A stretch of 64,000 bases of DNA from NCBI GenBank assembly GCA_963701665.1, contig OY969622.1:288001-352000 (forward strand), read 5' to 3'. The stretch's first letter is position 1. Each line of letters opens with the position of its first letter. Source of the stretch: Candidatus Babeliales bacterium. GTDB taxonomy: Bacteria > Babelota > Babeliae > Babelales > JANWKD01. Of this stretch, positions 30,145 through 41,260 are shown one piece after another. Under the pieces are notes generated by a model. The model had not been told where the DNA came from. It made no database searches and saw only the letters and a program-made list of their open reading frames with translations. The position numbers and the translations under genes were made by a program.

Positions 30145-30639
30145 ATGAAAGTAGTAATGCCTATGTTGAGCATGTTGATATGCTTGCTCTTGATAAAAAA
30201 TACCGACGCTATGACAACGAACGACAATGATAAGGTCGTTAACGTGAACAAACTTCTTGAACACTGGGCAAATAGAGAACAACATCTTTTGCCACATGTA
30301 AGGCAAGCGCAACAGGATAAATCGCATATTGCATCATATGTTAGTGATGATGGAAGACTCCAGGCCACATTTGATGGTACCAATGATAGGGTAACATCCT
30401 ATTTTGATGATGGAAATACCTGTGAAGTTACGGTCGTCTATCTTTATAATCTGCTTTTTCCCCCTCGAGGATTTTTACGTGATGGCAAAATCTACGATCG
30501 AGATGGTAACATGGTTGCTGACGTTTCAATCGGATCTTGCTATGGAACATCACCAAAAAATTCTAAGAAAAGAAAAAATTATCTGAAATCGTTCAAAGAT
30601 TATTGCACAACAAAATTAACGAGACGATTAACGACATAA
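30145..30639 (+). CDS. Secreted hypothetical protein
   Basis: GAGGG RBS; signal peptide ending TDA-MTT; 3' end overlaps leuS by 40 nt. Confidence 0.65.
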   Translation: MKVVMPMLSMLICLLLIKNTDAMTTNDNDKVVNVNKLLEHWANREQHLLPHVRQAQQDKSHIASYVSDDGRLQATFDGTNDRVTSYFDDGNTCEVTVVYLYNLLFPPRGFLRDGKIYDRDGNMVADVSIGSCYGTSPKNSKKRKNYLKSFKDYCTTKLTRRLTT

Positions 30640-33044
30640 ATTATTTTCTTAACATCTTTGCCCTCGAGATGTTTATAAACAAGTTGCTCGGCGCGCGCTT
30701 CAACAACTTTTTGTTCTGTGTCGCGTGCGATGGTTAAATTCGCGCGCATTTTACCATTTACTTGTACGACAATAATAACCATGTGTTCTTCCGCCAAACG
30801 CGCGTCAAACTGTGGCCATGTGCATTCTTCCAACTTTTTATGCACGAGCGTTTGCAAAAGTTCGCTGGAAAAGTGAGGTGCCATTGCCGAAAGTGCCACC
30901 AAAAGTTGCTCCAAGGTTTTCTTGCTCAAACGCATGGAATGTGCGGTTGCATCATTTAACCATTCCATTGCTGCTGAAAGTGCTGTGTTTGGTTTAAAGA
31001 GATCAAGCCGTTCTTCCCATGCCTTCAAAAATTGATGGAAGCGTTGGGTAACTTCTTGGGTCTCTTGTTCATTGTCAGCAAGCACGGTTTTTGGTTCGGT
31101 CAAATAATCCCACAATTTATTTAAAAATCGTTTGATGCCCTCAAGGCCATTATCTTGCCACACGCAATCAAGTTCTGGCGGCCCCATGAATAAAATATAC
31201 ATGCGCAATACATCAGAACCATACTGCTGTACAATGTCATCAGGGTTTACCACGTTGCCTTTGGATTTTGACATCTTCTCAATGGCACCCGATAATTCTG
31301 AAAATTTGTTCACCATGCCTTGGTTGAATAAATGCGTGAATGGTTCATCAAAGGAAAGATACCCAAGATCATGCAATACTTTTACATAGAAGCGTGCATA
31401 TAACAAATGCAAAATAGCATGTTCAACACCGCCGACATATAAATCGACGGGCAACCAATATTTCATATCTTTTTCTGAAAATGCTGCAGTTTCTAAATGA
31501 GGATTTGGATAGCGCAAGAAATACCAACATGATCCGGCCCATTGTGGCATGGTATTTGTTTCGCGTTTTGCAGGGCCTTTGCATTGCGGGCATGTGGTAT
31601 TCACCCAGTCTTTAATTGCTGCAAGCGGCGACTCGCCAGTGCCGGTCGGATGATATTCTTCAACAGCGGGCAATTCCACCGGCAATTGCTCTTCTGGCAC
31701 AGGAACGATGCCGCACTTGGCACAATGAATTAATGGAATTGGTTCACCCCAATAGCGTTGGCGCGAAAAGATCCAATCACGAAGTTTGTAGGTAGTTTTC
31801 TTTTGCGCAAACCCTTTTTTGACCAAGTAGTCTGCCAATTGATTGCGAACGTCGGCAGCAATTTTGCCAGCAAATTCAGCCGGTTCAGTTAATATGCCTT
31901 CTTGTGCATTATGAAAAGATACTTCAAATTTTTTTACTTTTTCTTGTAATTCTTTATCGTACGCTGGGAGTAACACTGCTTTGAGAGGAATATTATATTT
32001 TTTTGCAAAATTAAAATCTCGCTCATCGTGTGCAGAACATTTAACAATACCAGTTCCATAATCTGCTAAGACAAAATTAGCTACCCAAATAGGCAAATCG
32101 CCATTACCAAGAGGATCAACAATATAACGCCCGGTAAAAATTCCTTCAGGTTCTGCAATATCACGATCTTCACATCGTTTTTTTATAAGGTACTGACAAT
32201 AATCGAGAATTTCTTGTTTGTTAGGCACACCAACAAGGAGTTCAGGAAGTAACTTATGATCGGGTGCGATAGTTACAAAAGTATCGGCAAAACAACTTTC
32301 AAAGTGTGCTGAATAGGTTTGAATGGTTATATTAGAATCTTTTACGGGTGCAGTAAAAAGGAGCCCCTCGCTTTTGCCGATCCAATTGCGCTGCATTAAT
32401 TTTACTTTTTCAGGCCATTCGAGTGTATCGAGGCCATCAAGTAATTTTTGCGCATACGAGGTAATACGCAAAACCCATTGTGGAATCTTTTTTTGCTCAA
32501 CTGGAGTGCCACAGCGTTCACAACAACCATCAATGACTTCCTCATTAGCAAGACCCGTTTTATCAACAGGGCACCAATTAATTGGCATGTTTGATTCGTA
32601 GGCAAGGCCAGCTTTATACATTTGCAAGAAGATCCATTGCGTCCATTTATAGTAATGGGGATCAGTGGTATTAAGTTCTTTGGACCAATCATAGAGTGCA
32701 CCAACTTCCATTAACTGTTTTTTAAAGTGGGCAATATTTTTTGCAGTGCTTATCTGCGGCAAGATACCTTTTTTTATAGCATCATTTTCTGCAGGAAGCC
32801 CGAAAGCATCCCAACCCATTGGATGTAATACATTGTAGCCTTGTAACCATTTCTTGCGTGCAAAGACATCAGAGAGTACATAGCCGCGCCAGTGTCCTAC
32901 ATGCAGGCCCGAGCCAGATGGGTAGGGGAACATATCTAAGCAATAGTATTTTTTCCCATCACCAGTTGGGCGCGCTTGCCCTATTTTATGTTCAGCCCAA
33001 TACTGCTGCCATTTTTTTTCAACATCTTTAAACGGGTAACCCAT
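30600..33044 (-). CDS. leuS: Leucine--tRNA ligase
   Basis: [70 protein letters not shown]. Confidence 0.98.
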   Translation of the reverse strand: MGYPFKDVEKKWQQYWAEHKIGQARPTGDGKKYYCLDMFPYPSGSGLHVGHWRGYVLSDVFARKKWLQGYNVLHPMGWDAFGLPAENDAIKKGILPQISTAKNIAHFKKQLMEVGALYDWSKELNTTDPHYYKWTQWIFLQMYKAGLAYESNMPINWCPVDKTGLANEEVIDGCCERCGTPVEQKKIPQWVLRITSYAQKLLDGLDTLEWPEKVKLMQRNWIGKSEGLLFTAPVKDSNITIQTYSAHFESCFADTFVTIAPDHKLLPELLVGVPNKQEILDYCQYLIKKRCEDRDIAEPEGIFTGRYIVDPLGNGDLPIWVANFVLADYGTGIVKCSAHDERDFNFAKKYNIPLKAVLLPAYDKELQEKVKKFEVSFHNAQEGILTEPAEFAGKIAADVRNQLADYLVKKGFAQKKTTYKLRDWIFSRQRYWGEPIPLIHCAKCGIVPVPEEQLPVELPAVEEYHPTGTGESPLAAIKDWVNTTCPQCKGPAKRETNTMPQWAGSCWYFLRYPNPHLETAAFSEKDMKYWLPVDLYVGGVEHAILHLLYARFYVKVLHDLGYLSFDEPFTHLFNQGMVNKFSELSGAIEKMSKSKGNVVNPDDIVQQYGSDVLRMYILFMGPPELDCVWQDNGLEGIKRFLNKLWDYLTEPKTVLADNEQETQEVTQRFHQFLKAWEERLDLFKPNTALSAAMEWLNDATAHSMRLSKKTLEQLLVALSAMAPHFSSELLQTLVHKKLEECTWPQFDARLAEEHMVIIVVQVNGKMRANLTIARDTEQKVVEARAEQLVYKHLEGKDVKKIIYVVNRLVNFVVQ

Positions 33045-33103
33045 CTGATTCCTTACATGCACAAATTTATTTAATGTATATCATTGTAACATAGAGATTA
33101 TTT

Positions 33104-33988
33104 TTATTTAATCTCTGGCTTTTCTTTGTTCCAATAGTTTTGCCATTGCTCAATTTTTGTATGATACCAAATACGTGTAGCGGTAGATGGATGATCTCCG
33201 TTAATACCACTTGTATTACCGTTATGCGCAAGAAGTTTTGTATATAATTTTCTTCCTGCTCTGCCTCCTTGAGGAAGTACAAATGCAGCAATTATATCAC
33301 ACTCAGCTTCAACAGTTTTGTGCAAAAACGGATATTCTATTCTATTGGGACTTTCTATAGGAAGATCAAAACGCTCGAAGCAGTGCTGAGATAAATATCT
33401 ATTGAGTGCGATGCCGCTAACAAGGGTAATAGCGGTACCAGTGGCGAATCGCAACGGCTTTTTACGAGTGACACTGGCAGCAATGGTAACCGGTATCCAC
33501 ATTGGTGCTAATGCGGTGCACCCTACGCTCAAACCAAAAAAATGAAGGTTTGCCATGTGATAATGCGGATTTAGGTACGCATTATGTTCAAGTACAACAT
33601 GAGCCTGTTCATGAGCAAGTCTTGATTCTATTTCTTCTTGTGTAAGTTGGTCGTGTTGACGTGTCATATGAATGAGATTTCTACCATTGGTAATAGCATT
33701 ATTCCATGTTGAACAGCCATTCTGTTTTAACGTTTCAATCATGTCCGAGCTCATATATTTTACTAAAATGGCCGTATTTTTATGGAGATATCCTTTTTCT
33801 TGATATAAAGCGAGGGTATCTTGGTTAATTGTTTGAATTTCTGATGGTGCATCTTCTGTGCCGCATGCTGCAAGATAGTGTGTTTGTTCTTTTTCAATTG
33901 CCTCTTTAATATGCGGTGCCATGCCATAATTTACAGATGTTACTATGCTCATAAGAATAATAACAATCCATCTTTTTTTTATATACAT
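33104..33988 (-). CDS. Secreted M48-like zinc metalloprotease
   Basis: Signal peptide; LAHEQAH, EAECD, DHPSTATRI. Confidence 0.8.
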   Translation of the reverse strand: MYIKKRWIVIILMSIVTSVNYGMAPHIKEAIEKEQTHYLAACGTEDAPSEIQTINQDTLALYQEKGYLHKNTAILVKYMSSDMIETLKQNGCSTWNNAITNGRNLIHMTRQHDQLTQEEIESRLAHEQAHVVLEHNAYLNPHYHMANLHFFGLSVGCTALAPMWIPVTIAASVTRKKPLRFATGTAITLVSGIALNRYLSQHCFERFDLPIESPNRIEYPFLHKTVEAECDIIAAFVLPQGGRAGRKLYTKLLAHNGNTSGINGDHPSTATRIWYHTKIEQWQNYWNKEKPEIK

Positions 33989-34099
33989 GTAAAATTCCTT
34001 ATTATTTAAAAATAAAAAAATATAACAGTGTCCTTAAGAATAAAAATCCTAGAGGGGCACTAAACTTCGATTATATAAACAAAATAATTATGATTGCGC

Positions 34100-34243
34100 T
34101 TAAGCGCAAAATGAGAATAAACGTAAGGGGAACAGTAAGCTAAATGAGCTGTAGTTTAAGAGAAGAGAAATAGCCGAAATGATAGGCATAGTGGCAGATT
34201 TGCTGGAGGTACGAGAATAATTGGGTTTCATATCTGGCGACAT
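34100..34243 (-). CDS. 47-aa small ORF, possible leader peptide (not in ORF track)
   Basis: TAAGGAG RBS 6 nt before ATG; MSPDMKPNYSRTSSKSATMPIISAISLLLNYSSFSLLFPLRLFSFCA. Confidence 0.4.
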   Translation of the reverse strand: MSPDMKPNYSRTSSKSATMPIISAISLLLNYSSFSLLFPLRLFSFCA

Positions 34244-34432
34244 GAGAGACTCCTTATTAAAATAACGATACTAACTATTTCTAATATATCATAATTTTAT
34301 ACTTTTGCAAGAAATTTTTCAAATTGAGTTTTTTCCCTATTTTACAGGTAGGATTTTAGGAAAACATTGAATATTGGTTAATGGTAAAAATATACTAAAA
34401 GAAGATTATTTGAGGGATTTAAGGGGAAAGTA

Positions 34433-36409
34433 ATGAAAAAATCTATATTATTTTCTTGTGCACTCGTATGTTTTAGCATGCTTTGTGCGGAAGATTGGTT
34501 TGATTTTGCCTATAAAAATATAGAATATGTAACTGGTTTTTTTAAACCGCATAATGAAGCTTTATTCCAATCATATAAAAAACAAGTAACCGATTTACAG
34601 GATAAAATTACGGTTCTTCTCAAGCAGGCACAATCAAACGGTGTATTACCTGATGCAACAAAAAAAACCGTTGATGCGCTGCAAAAACAGCAAAACGCCT
34701 TGCTTGATAAAGCAACAAATGATTTAGATTCATATGATGTTACTATGCTGCAACAAATTGTTGGTAACCAGCAAGCAGTTATTGTGCAGCTTATAGATGG
34801 CTGGGATTATTTGTATGATTTTTGGGAAAAAAATGCGCTCGGCGCATTAAAGTCTGCAGCAAATCTTAACAATCCCTTTAGAAATAATGTCGCGAGTGTT
34901 GTGCAAGGTGATCAATTATTGCCTGATGAAAAAGATACCTTCTTAAAAAACCGACAAGCAACGGTGCAAAAAGGATTTACTACGTTTTTTAATCAACAAA
35001 AAAATCCCATTAAACTTGGCTATGTTGCTCCCGGTGGCGGCTATCGTGCCATGATATTAACAACGGGCTATCTCACGGCGCTCGAGGAAACAGGTCTTTT
35101 AGATGCAACGAGTTATTTGAGCGCGCTTTCCGGTTCTACGTGGTTTTTGATCGCGTGGTTATTTTCAAATATGTCGGTGCGCGCGTTTCGAGATGCACTC
35201 GTTTCGAAGGTACAAGATAAAAAATTTAATGTGCAAACGATCGCTTTTGATGCTTCAGGGTACATTGCAAATGATTATTTAGCATCGTTAGTTGCCGATC
35301 TGTGGCCGAAATTTTTATTTAATCAATCAATAAGTTCAGTTGATGTGTATGGATCATTATTATCACGCACCTTATTGAGTGATCTTGCAAAAAAATCTCA
35401 TTTAACTGATACATGGACACAAGTGAAAGATGGTAAAAAGCCGTTTCCGCTTTTTAGCGCCGTATGTGTTTATAATGATAATGTAGGAAAACAACAGTAT
35501 AGTTGGAATGAATTTACGCCGCTTGAAGTGAGAAATTTAGAATTTAAGCTCTCGACGCCAAGTTATTCTTTTGGTAGTGAATTTAATGCAGGAAAATCAA
35601 AAGAAATTGCGCCGCAACAAGCACTTGGCTATTTGATGGGGACTTTCGGTTCAGCATATTTATTGGATTTAATTGATCTTGAAAAAATTATCAGTGGGTT
35701 GAAAGATCAAGCAGCACAAAAGATGGGCAGTGAAGCAACGCAATACATCATTGCTGCAACATTAGTTAATCTAATCAACGTGTTGCCAACATGGGTTAAC
35801 AATGTACGCGTGTCTCCTTCATCGACATTCAATCCTTATAAAAATAGCACGTACGCAAATGTGCCGAAATCATTAACAACGAGTGATCAACTTATGTATG
35901 TTGATGCGGGAATTGCATGTAACGTTCCTGTTCTGCCGCTCTTGCGTTCATCGCGTCAAGTGCAGGCAATTATTATTGGTGATACATCAGGTGATAATCC
36001 TAAGGACAATGAAGAGCCTGGCGAGTTAAATAAATTTTTTGCTGATGCTAAACGCTTATATAGCTATGTGTATACCCGCGTTGATGATAAATCTACCCCA
36101 ACATTACGTTTGTATAAAGATATGCAACATCCAGCAGCCCCTCGCCTTATTTATGTTAATTTTGTTAAAGATGATGCGTTGCTAAAAAAAGCAAAAACAA
36201 ATCCTGCATTGCAAAAAATTATTGATGATTGCAAGCTCGCAACGTTTGATTTTAATTGTATTAATTATCAAGATGGCTTCTGCCGGTTTTTCAATTTTGA
36301 ATATACTGTTGAGCAATTTAAGCAATTGGCTGGCATCGGTGAATTTAATATTAGGGCGAATGTAGAAACTATAAAGGCATTTTTAAATAAAGAATTTTAT
36401 GGTAAGTAA
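34433..36409 (+). CDS. Secreted cPLA2/lysophospholipase-like phospholipase
   Basis: Signal peptide; PGGGYRAM, ALSGSTW (cPLA2 GLSGS type), EFTPLEV, LMGTFGSAY, YVDAG. Confidence 0.85.
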   Translation: MKKSILFSCALVCFSMLCAEDWFDFAYKNIEYVTGFFKPHNEALFQSYKKQVTDLQDKITVLLKQAQSNGVLPDATKKTVDALQKQQNALLDKATNDLDSYDVTMLQQIVGNQQAVIVQLIDGWDYLYDFWEKNALGALKSAANLNNPFRNNVASVVQGDQLLPDEKDTFLKNRQATVQKGFTTFFNQQKNPIKLGYVAPGGGYRAMILTTGYLTALEETGLLDATSYLSALSGSTWFLIAWLFSNMSVRAFRDALVSKVQDKKFNVQTIAFDASGYIANDYLASLVADLWPKFLFNQSISSVDVYGSLLSRTLLSDLAKKSHLTDTWTQVKDGKKPFPLFSAVCVYNDNVGKQQYSWNEFTPLEVRNLEFKLSTPSYSFGSEFNAGKSKEIAPQQALGYLMGTFGSAYLLDLIDLEKIISGLKDQAAQKMGSEATQYIIAATLVNLINVLPTWVNNVRVSPSSTFNPYKNSTYANVPKSLTTSDQLMYVDAGIACNVPVLPLLRSSRQVQAIIIGDTSGDNPKDNEEPGELNKFFADAKRLYSYVYTRVDDKSTPTLRLYKDMQHPAAPRLIYVNFVKDDALLKKAKTNPALQKIIDDCKLATFDFNCINYQDGFCRFFNFEYTVEQFKQLAGIGEFNIRANVETIKAFLNKEFYGK

Positions 36410-36631
36410 TACGAGTTCGATGAGTGACTATGCTGCAGGTAACGCATATTGGAAACAAAATTGTCATTGCGAGCGTAGCGTGGCAATCCAATTATAAAAT
36501 TAGTTCCTTTAAGGAATTAATTAAAGTTTGGATCCCCACGGTTCTGAACCCTGCGAAGCTTCAGCGAAGAAGGGCCAAAGCCTCGGGATGACATCTTTGG
36601 GTTTATTGCCTGCATGTCATTGAGTTAGCGT
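36409..36631 (+). repeat. Nested palindromic element, copy B
   Basis: Outer ends atacgagttcgat / attgagttagcgt; inner tgtcattgcgagc(36462)...cctcgggatgaca(36593); inserted hairpin ccctgcgaagcttcagcgaagaaggg. Confidence 0.85.
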
Positions 36632-36654
36632 TAAATGATAAAAGAAGGAGTGTC

Positions 36655-37041
36655 GTGAAAAAAAAATTACTTGTTATAAATGCATTACGCAAACAATACT
36701 ATAAAGATTGTCACATTCTTGGTTCAATCAACGTATCTTTGGATGACTTAGGTGCCTATGCGCAAAAGCTTGATAAAAACATGCCTATTGTTGTGTATTG
36801 TGCTTCCTATTCGTGTCCTGTGAGCCGCAAAGCATGGCATATTTTGAATGACTTGGGTTTTACCAATGTGCGCGCGTATGAAGGCGGTATGGCCGAGTGG
36901 ACACAAAAGGGATATTTGGCTAAAGGCGCGTGCCAAGAAGAATATTTGAGTCGCCAAGAAAGCTCAGAAACGAGTGATGTGAAAACAATTACTGCTGAAG
37001 CATTAAAGGCTGCAATGGAAGAGGCGGGCTTGTTGCAGTAG
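36655..37041 (+). CDS. Rhodanese-like domain protein
   Basis: HILGSINV, IVVYCAS..C..S, LGFTNVRAYEGGMAEW; AAGGAG RBS. Confidence 0.88.
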   Translation: MKKKLLVINALRKQYYKDCHILGSINVSLDDLGAYAQKLDKNMPIVVYCASYSCPVSRKAWHILNDLGFTNVRAYEGGMAEWTQKGYLAKGACQEEYLSRQESSETSDVKTITAEALKAAMEEAGLLQ

Positions 37042-37070
37042 TCAGTCATAACAGTATACTTACTAATATA

Positions 37071-37314
37071 ACGCAAATTCGATAAATTAAAGTTGGCTGC
37101 GCGAAGATAACATTGAAAACAAATTGTCATTGCGAGCGAATGCGTGGCAACCCAGCTTATAAAAATTAATTCCTTAAGGAGTTATTAAAGTTCGGATTCT
37201 ACTTCGTTAAAACTTCGTAGAACAGGTCCCCCACAAGTCCTTCGAAGCTCGACAGAGCGAAGTAGGAACGGCTGGCGCCTCGGGATGACATTCTTGGGTT
37301 CATCGAATGTGCAT
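37071..37314 (+). repeat. Nested palindromic element, copy C
   Basis: Outer acgcaaattcgat / atcgaatgtgcat; inner tgtcattgcgagc(37125)...cctcgggatgaca(37290); two inserted mini-hairpins. Confidence 0.85.
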
Positions 37315-37358
37315 TGATGTTTTGCTTATAATGATAAAACTTAACAAGGATTGAGCTC

Positions 37359-37994
37359 ATGACCAATGTTCAAAAAACAGCCACCTCTCAGCACGCAGCA
37401 GTTCATGATGAGATGATTTTAGTGGTGAAACGTGAGCATCTTTTTGCAAAAGAAGCAGCATGGAACGGCCTAAAAGAAGTGCAATTTGATGCATATCTAA
37501 AACTGATTCAAGAGAAGAAGCAGTTTTTGCCTCGGGCACATATGGAAGTTGATCCTGCGTATAAGCAAATTATTCCGTATCTTATTTTTACCCATGACAA
37601 CAAATATTTCTTGATGCAACGCTCAAGCAGCGGTGGTGAAAAACGACTCAAAAACAAATATACATTGGGCATTGGTGGCCATATCCGTCAAGAAGATATG
37701 ACGCATGATTCTATTTTTGAATGGGCACGCCGCGAATTTCATGAAGAAGTAAATTATCATGATGATTTCACTATCGAACCATTGGGAATCCTCAATGATG
37801 ATTCTAATCCAGTCGGGCAGGTGCATATTGGCTTTGTCTTTTTATTAAGAGGCGCAACAGAGTCCATTAGTGTGAATGAAGAATTAAAAAGCGGGCGCTT
37901 GGTAAGTCTTGCAGAATGTAAATCTCAAGGCGATACTCTCGAGACCTGGAGCCAACTTGTTGTATCCTTCCTAGAAAATAGAAAAAAGAAATAA
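37359..37994 (+). CDS. NUDIX-fold predicted phosphoesterase (YmaB-like)
   Basis: MEVDPAYKQIIPY, GEKRL, LGIGGHI, RREFHEEV, NDDSNPVGQVHIG. Confidence 0.85.
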   Translation: MTNVQKTATSQHAAVHDEMILVVKREHLFAKEAAWNGLKEVQFDAYLKLIQEKKQFLPRAHMEVDPAYKQIIPYLIFTHDNKYFLMQRSSSGGEKRLKNKYTLGIGGHIRQEDMTHDSIFEWARREFHEEVNYHDDFTIEPLGILNDDSNPVGQVHIGFVFLLRGATESISVNEELKSGRLVSLAECKSQGDTLETWSQLVVSFLENRKKK

Positions 37995-38046
37995 AACATA
38001 GCATTCAGATGCCCACTTTATATATGCTCTTTGTGCAGGGAGTAAA

Positions 38047-38102
38047 GCCCGGTCTTCGCTTGCAATAGAAGATCTTCGAAGCGAAATTGAGCTTCGACGG
38101 GC
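38047..38102. repeat. 56-bp hairpin repeat, copy 1
   Basis: gcccggtcttcgc...gcttcgacgggc; 49/56 identical to 62245-62300 by hand alignment. Confidence 0.8.
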
Positions 38103-38120
38103 GATGAAGGAGTACTAATT

Positions 38121-39026
38121 GTGGGCATAGCTGAATCATTTTTATATACTGTGCAGATTTTTAAAAAAGGTTTTTTAGTCTGCCTCAAATATCCGCTGCT
38201 TTTTCTCTATCCTTTTATAAGCTTTGGTATCTTCTTAACTGTTGAAGCTCTCGTCTGGGTTTTAATATATTTCCGCTATGGTATTCATTTCTTTAATGCT
38301 GATACCCTGGAACTGTGGGGATTAATTTCGCTTTGGGAATTGAGTTTTTTTATTCTTGTGTTAATTGCCCCTCTTTATTTCCTTATCATGGTTAACATGA
38401 TTATGATGCAAGTTTGCGTTGCTCACACGATTTTTCAAACATTGTCATCACTTCGTTTAAGTGCCTACGAAAGTATTGCGACTGCTTTCCATCAGCGCAA
38501 GCTTATTATGCAGTATGCCTGGGCAAAAACGATTGTTATTATTGGTGGCGAAACGCCGCTGAAACATTTTTTAAAAAAATGGGCACATCATTTTGGGATT
38601 GCTGATTTTTTGATCCAAGCAAAATCAGATAAATGGATTGAAGTGACAACGCTTATGGTTCCTCTAATTGCAACTAGGGACAATTCTCTCAAGGAATTGA
38701 TTGATGATTCGGCAACGATTATGGAAAAAAATTTTGGTGCTGAGCTTTATGCCATGCCACTGTTTGCAGAGCTTTTTATAATTACAACGGTTATTGCCTG
38801 TTACAGCCTTGAAACACTCGTTAGTTATATTTGGAACGAGGGTGTGGGCGTTGCACTTATTTTTTTTATTTTAGGACTTTTCTTGACCATCATGATGATG
38901 GCGGAAGGGATTTTTTACACGGCCGTGTATCAATATTGTTTAAAGCAGCCGTTATCAGTGTTTACGCCTGAGGATATTACCAAAGGTTTTGAAAGAGTAG
39001 AAAATCAAGAAAAAGAGGAGCAGTAA
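38121..39026 (+). CDS. Multi-pass membrane protein (DUF6159-like)
   Basis: GAAGGAG RBS; several TMs; W...T.LMVP...S..IMEKNFG, IFYTAVYQY pattern. Confidence 0.65.
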   Translation: MGIAESFLYTVQIFKKGFLVCLKYPLLFLYPFISFGIFLTVEALVWVLIYFRYGIHFFNADTLELWGLISLWELSFFILVLIAPLYFLIMVNMIMMQVCVAHTIFQTLSSLRLSAYESIATAFHQRKLIMQYAWAKTIVIIGGETPLKHFLKKWAHHFGIADFLIQAKSDKWIEVTTLMVPLIATRDNSLKELIDDSATIMEKNFGAELYAMPLFAELFIITTVIACYSLETLVSYIWNEGVGVALIFFILGLFLTIMMMAEGIFYTAVYQYCLKQPLSVFTPEDITKGFERVENQEKEEQ

Positions 39027-39724
39027 TGATAGTCTGGTCATTACAAAGAATGGTTGAGAAATTGCGCATCGATGGTATTCATTCGGGCGCTTTAGTGATT
39101 TATTTTATTGGTATGATGGGTATGTTGCTCCTTGGTTGTTCAGTTTTTAATTTTTTACCCACACTTTATTATGTTACCTTTGGCGGCATTAAACATTATC
39201 TAGAAGCTCAGGCCGCACCTTTACCGTTAGTGATTCACGTGTTTGATATATGGCATATATGGTTTTCGTTGCTCATGACGGTGATTGTGATTCTTGGGAT
39301 TGCATGGTGTTATTGCACTAATGGACGCGGCGATAAAAAACAGTTTATTATGCGTTTTATTTGTTTAAATTGGCCGCTGAGCCTTCGCATTCTTGTAGTA
39401 ACAGGAATGCTTTTTGCTGCTGGCATGATGTTACTGACCGGCTGGTATGCGCCGAAACTCAGACAGCTAGCTGAAAGTTCCGAACAAAGCGACACTCAGA
39501 CAAAAATGACACCATTAACAATGTTTTCAAGCATAATTAAAAAAGTTTCTGTTCCTATGCTCATAGGAAAAATTACTATGGTGCAGGAGGCAAAGAGCCT
39601 TTATGATCAAATTAGTATCATTAGTTTTTATATATATTGTTTGACGCACCTTGCCGCACTGCTTTGTGCCATTTGGTATTTCATTGTTATGCAACGGTGT
39701 TTTAAAACTATTGCATCTTCTTAG
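39026..39724 (+). CDS. Hypothetical membrane protein
   Basis: Coupled to the upstream gene (TAATG); NGRGD..QFIMRFICL; 4 hydrophobic segments. Confidence 0.7.
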   Translation: MIVWSLQRMVEKLRIDGIHSGALVIYFIGMMGMLLLGCSVFNFLPTLYYVTFGGIKHYLEAQAAPLPLVIHVFDIWHIWFSLLMTVIVILGIAWCYCTNGRGDKKQFIMRFICLNWPLSLRILVVTGMLFAAGMMLLTGWYAPKLRQLAESSEQSDTQTKMTPLTMFSSIIKKVSVPMLIGKITMVQEAKSLYDQISIISFYIYCLTHLAALLCAIWYFIVMQRCFKTIASS

Positions 39725-39763
39725 ATGTCTGTAGTATAACGATAAAAAAAGGAGAATATTTGT

Positions 39764-41164
39764 ATGAAGAGGATTATTTTTTTGAGTCTGTGTTTAGCGA
39801 GTAACACATGGGTAAGGGCTGATTTGTCACAGGATTTAACTACATTAACAGCACGATTAGATGTTTTGGCAAATGCCTTAAAACCCAGTATTAAACCAGT
39901 TACAATAAAGCCTGTGATTACTCAACCACTATTGCAAAATGTGCCAATAATTACTGCCCCAAACCTTCCTAGTGAAGTATCAAGTAAGCAATTGGCAGTC
40001 TTGTTGCCTGATACGCAAAGGACATTTCTGGAATTAGCAACTGATATGAATAAATTTATTAGAGTTTTAGGTAATTTCGTTCAATCTACAAAAGGTCAGG
40101 TGAATCCTATTGCAGCGCCTGCTCAAAGGAATCTTGTGCGTCTGCTTAATGATTTAAAAGTGTTACTAGATGAATATAATATGGAAGGAAAAATTTATAC
40201 ATTAAAAAATTTGATAGAAAAAATTAATCAATTGAGATCACAAGCTTCAACTGAAGATGCAAAAGTTGTTTCTAAATTCTTAACAGATATTCTCAATGAA
40301 ATCAATAAGTTTCTCCAATATCTAGATAAGGTTTATGTGGAACATGAGAAGCCATGGGAACGAGTTATTTTTACATTTAACCCTGATGTCAAAGGATACT
40401 CACAGAAAGCATCTGCAACATATCATTTTGATCATGCAGTTATACATCGTGAGGCAATAGACAGATTATTGAATATTGTTGCAGACATTGAACAAATGTT
40501 GCCCTATTGGAAAAATGTTGCTGAAACTAAAGTGCAAGGTGGTGCTCCGTCACCAACAAAACAAAACATAAAGCTTTCTCGGGTAGAAATCTATAGCCCA
40601 AAGAATATAGATGAAGAATTACAAAAGAAAGTTAATGTTGTTCATGCTGCATATGAGATTGTTCAAGGTGATATGTTTAGTGTTGCAGTAGCACTTAATG
40701 ATTTTCTGGGGGAATTAACCGACCCAACAGTGATATCTGCTGCTTTTGAAGATCTCATGCAGCGTTATAGTGATCTTCAAAAAAGGATTCTAACATTCAA
40801 AGATACTTTAGAAAATAATCTTTCATCGGTAGAAGGTCTAAGTGGCAACAGCCGTGTAGAAGTGTATAAATTTCTAAAATCCATCAGAAAAGATTTTAAA
40901 TATTTTGCCAGAGACATAAGCAAGAAAATTGATGATAATGCTCATGAGTTGCAATTACCTTTGTTAACATATAAAGGAAAATCAAATTCTGCATGGCATT
41001 TTGTTCTGAGCTTAATTTATCACTTGGGTCCAAGTAGAATGTTGAAACCTGCCCATCACAGAGTATCTCCTCGTGAGGGTGGTGGTTATCAAAATGAACC
41101 TTGGCCAGACACTTTTGCTGATGAATTCAAAAAGATAATGAAAAGTTGGATGCCAAAACTATAA
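39764..41164 (+). CDS. Secreted helical hypothetical protein (tandem paralog 1)
   Basis: AAGGAG RBS; signal peptide; N-terminal ~260 aa highly similar to the next gene. Confidence 0.8.
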   Translation: MKRIIFLSLCLASNTWVRADLSQDLTTLTARLDVLANALKPSIKPVTIKPVITQPLLQNVPIITAPNLPSEVSSKQLAVLLPDTQRTFLELATDMNKFIRVLGNFVQSTKGQVNPIAAPAQRNLVRLLNDLKVLLDEYNMEGKIYTLKNLIEKINQLRSQASTEDAKVVSKFLTDILNEINKFLQYLDKVYVEHEKPWERVIFTFNPDVKGYSQKASATYHFDHAVIHREAIDRLLNIVADIEQMLPYWKNVAETKVQGGAPSPTKQNIKLSRVEIYSPKNIDEELQKKVNVVHAAYEIVQGDMFSVAVALNDFLGELTDPTVISAAFEDLMQRYSDLQKRILTFKDTLENNLSSVEGLSGNSRVEVYKFLKSIRKDFKYFARDISKKIDDNAHELQLPLLTYKGKSNSAWHFVLSLIYHLGPSRMLKPAHHRVSPREGGGYQNEPWPDTFADEFKKIMKSWMPKL

Positions 41165-41174
41165 TTGCTATTTT

Positions 41175-41207
41175 AAAGGAGCGCGGTGAAGCGCTCCTCT
41201 AACTTTT
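41175..41207 (+). terminator. Terminator, duplicated with the paralog
   Basis: ggagcgc-ggtgaa-gcgctcc followed by ctaactttt; near copy at 42737-42772. Confidence 0.7.
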
Positions 41208-41260
41208 TATTCCTCATAGCTATATATATGATCATGAACGAAAAAAAGGAGAATGATCGC

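Noticed and set aside
30600..33031. Several + strand ORFs antisense to leuS (likewise within uvrB, dipZ and the M3 peptidase)
   Set aside because: Antisense or off-frame shadows of well-supported conserved genes, with no motifs.
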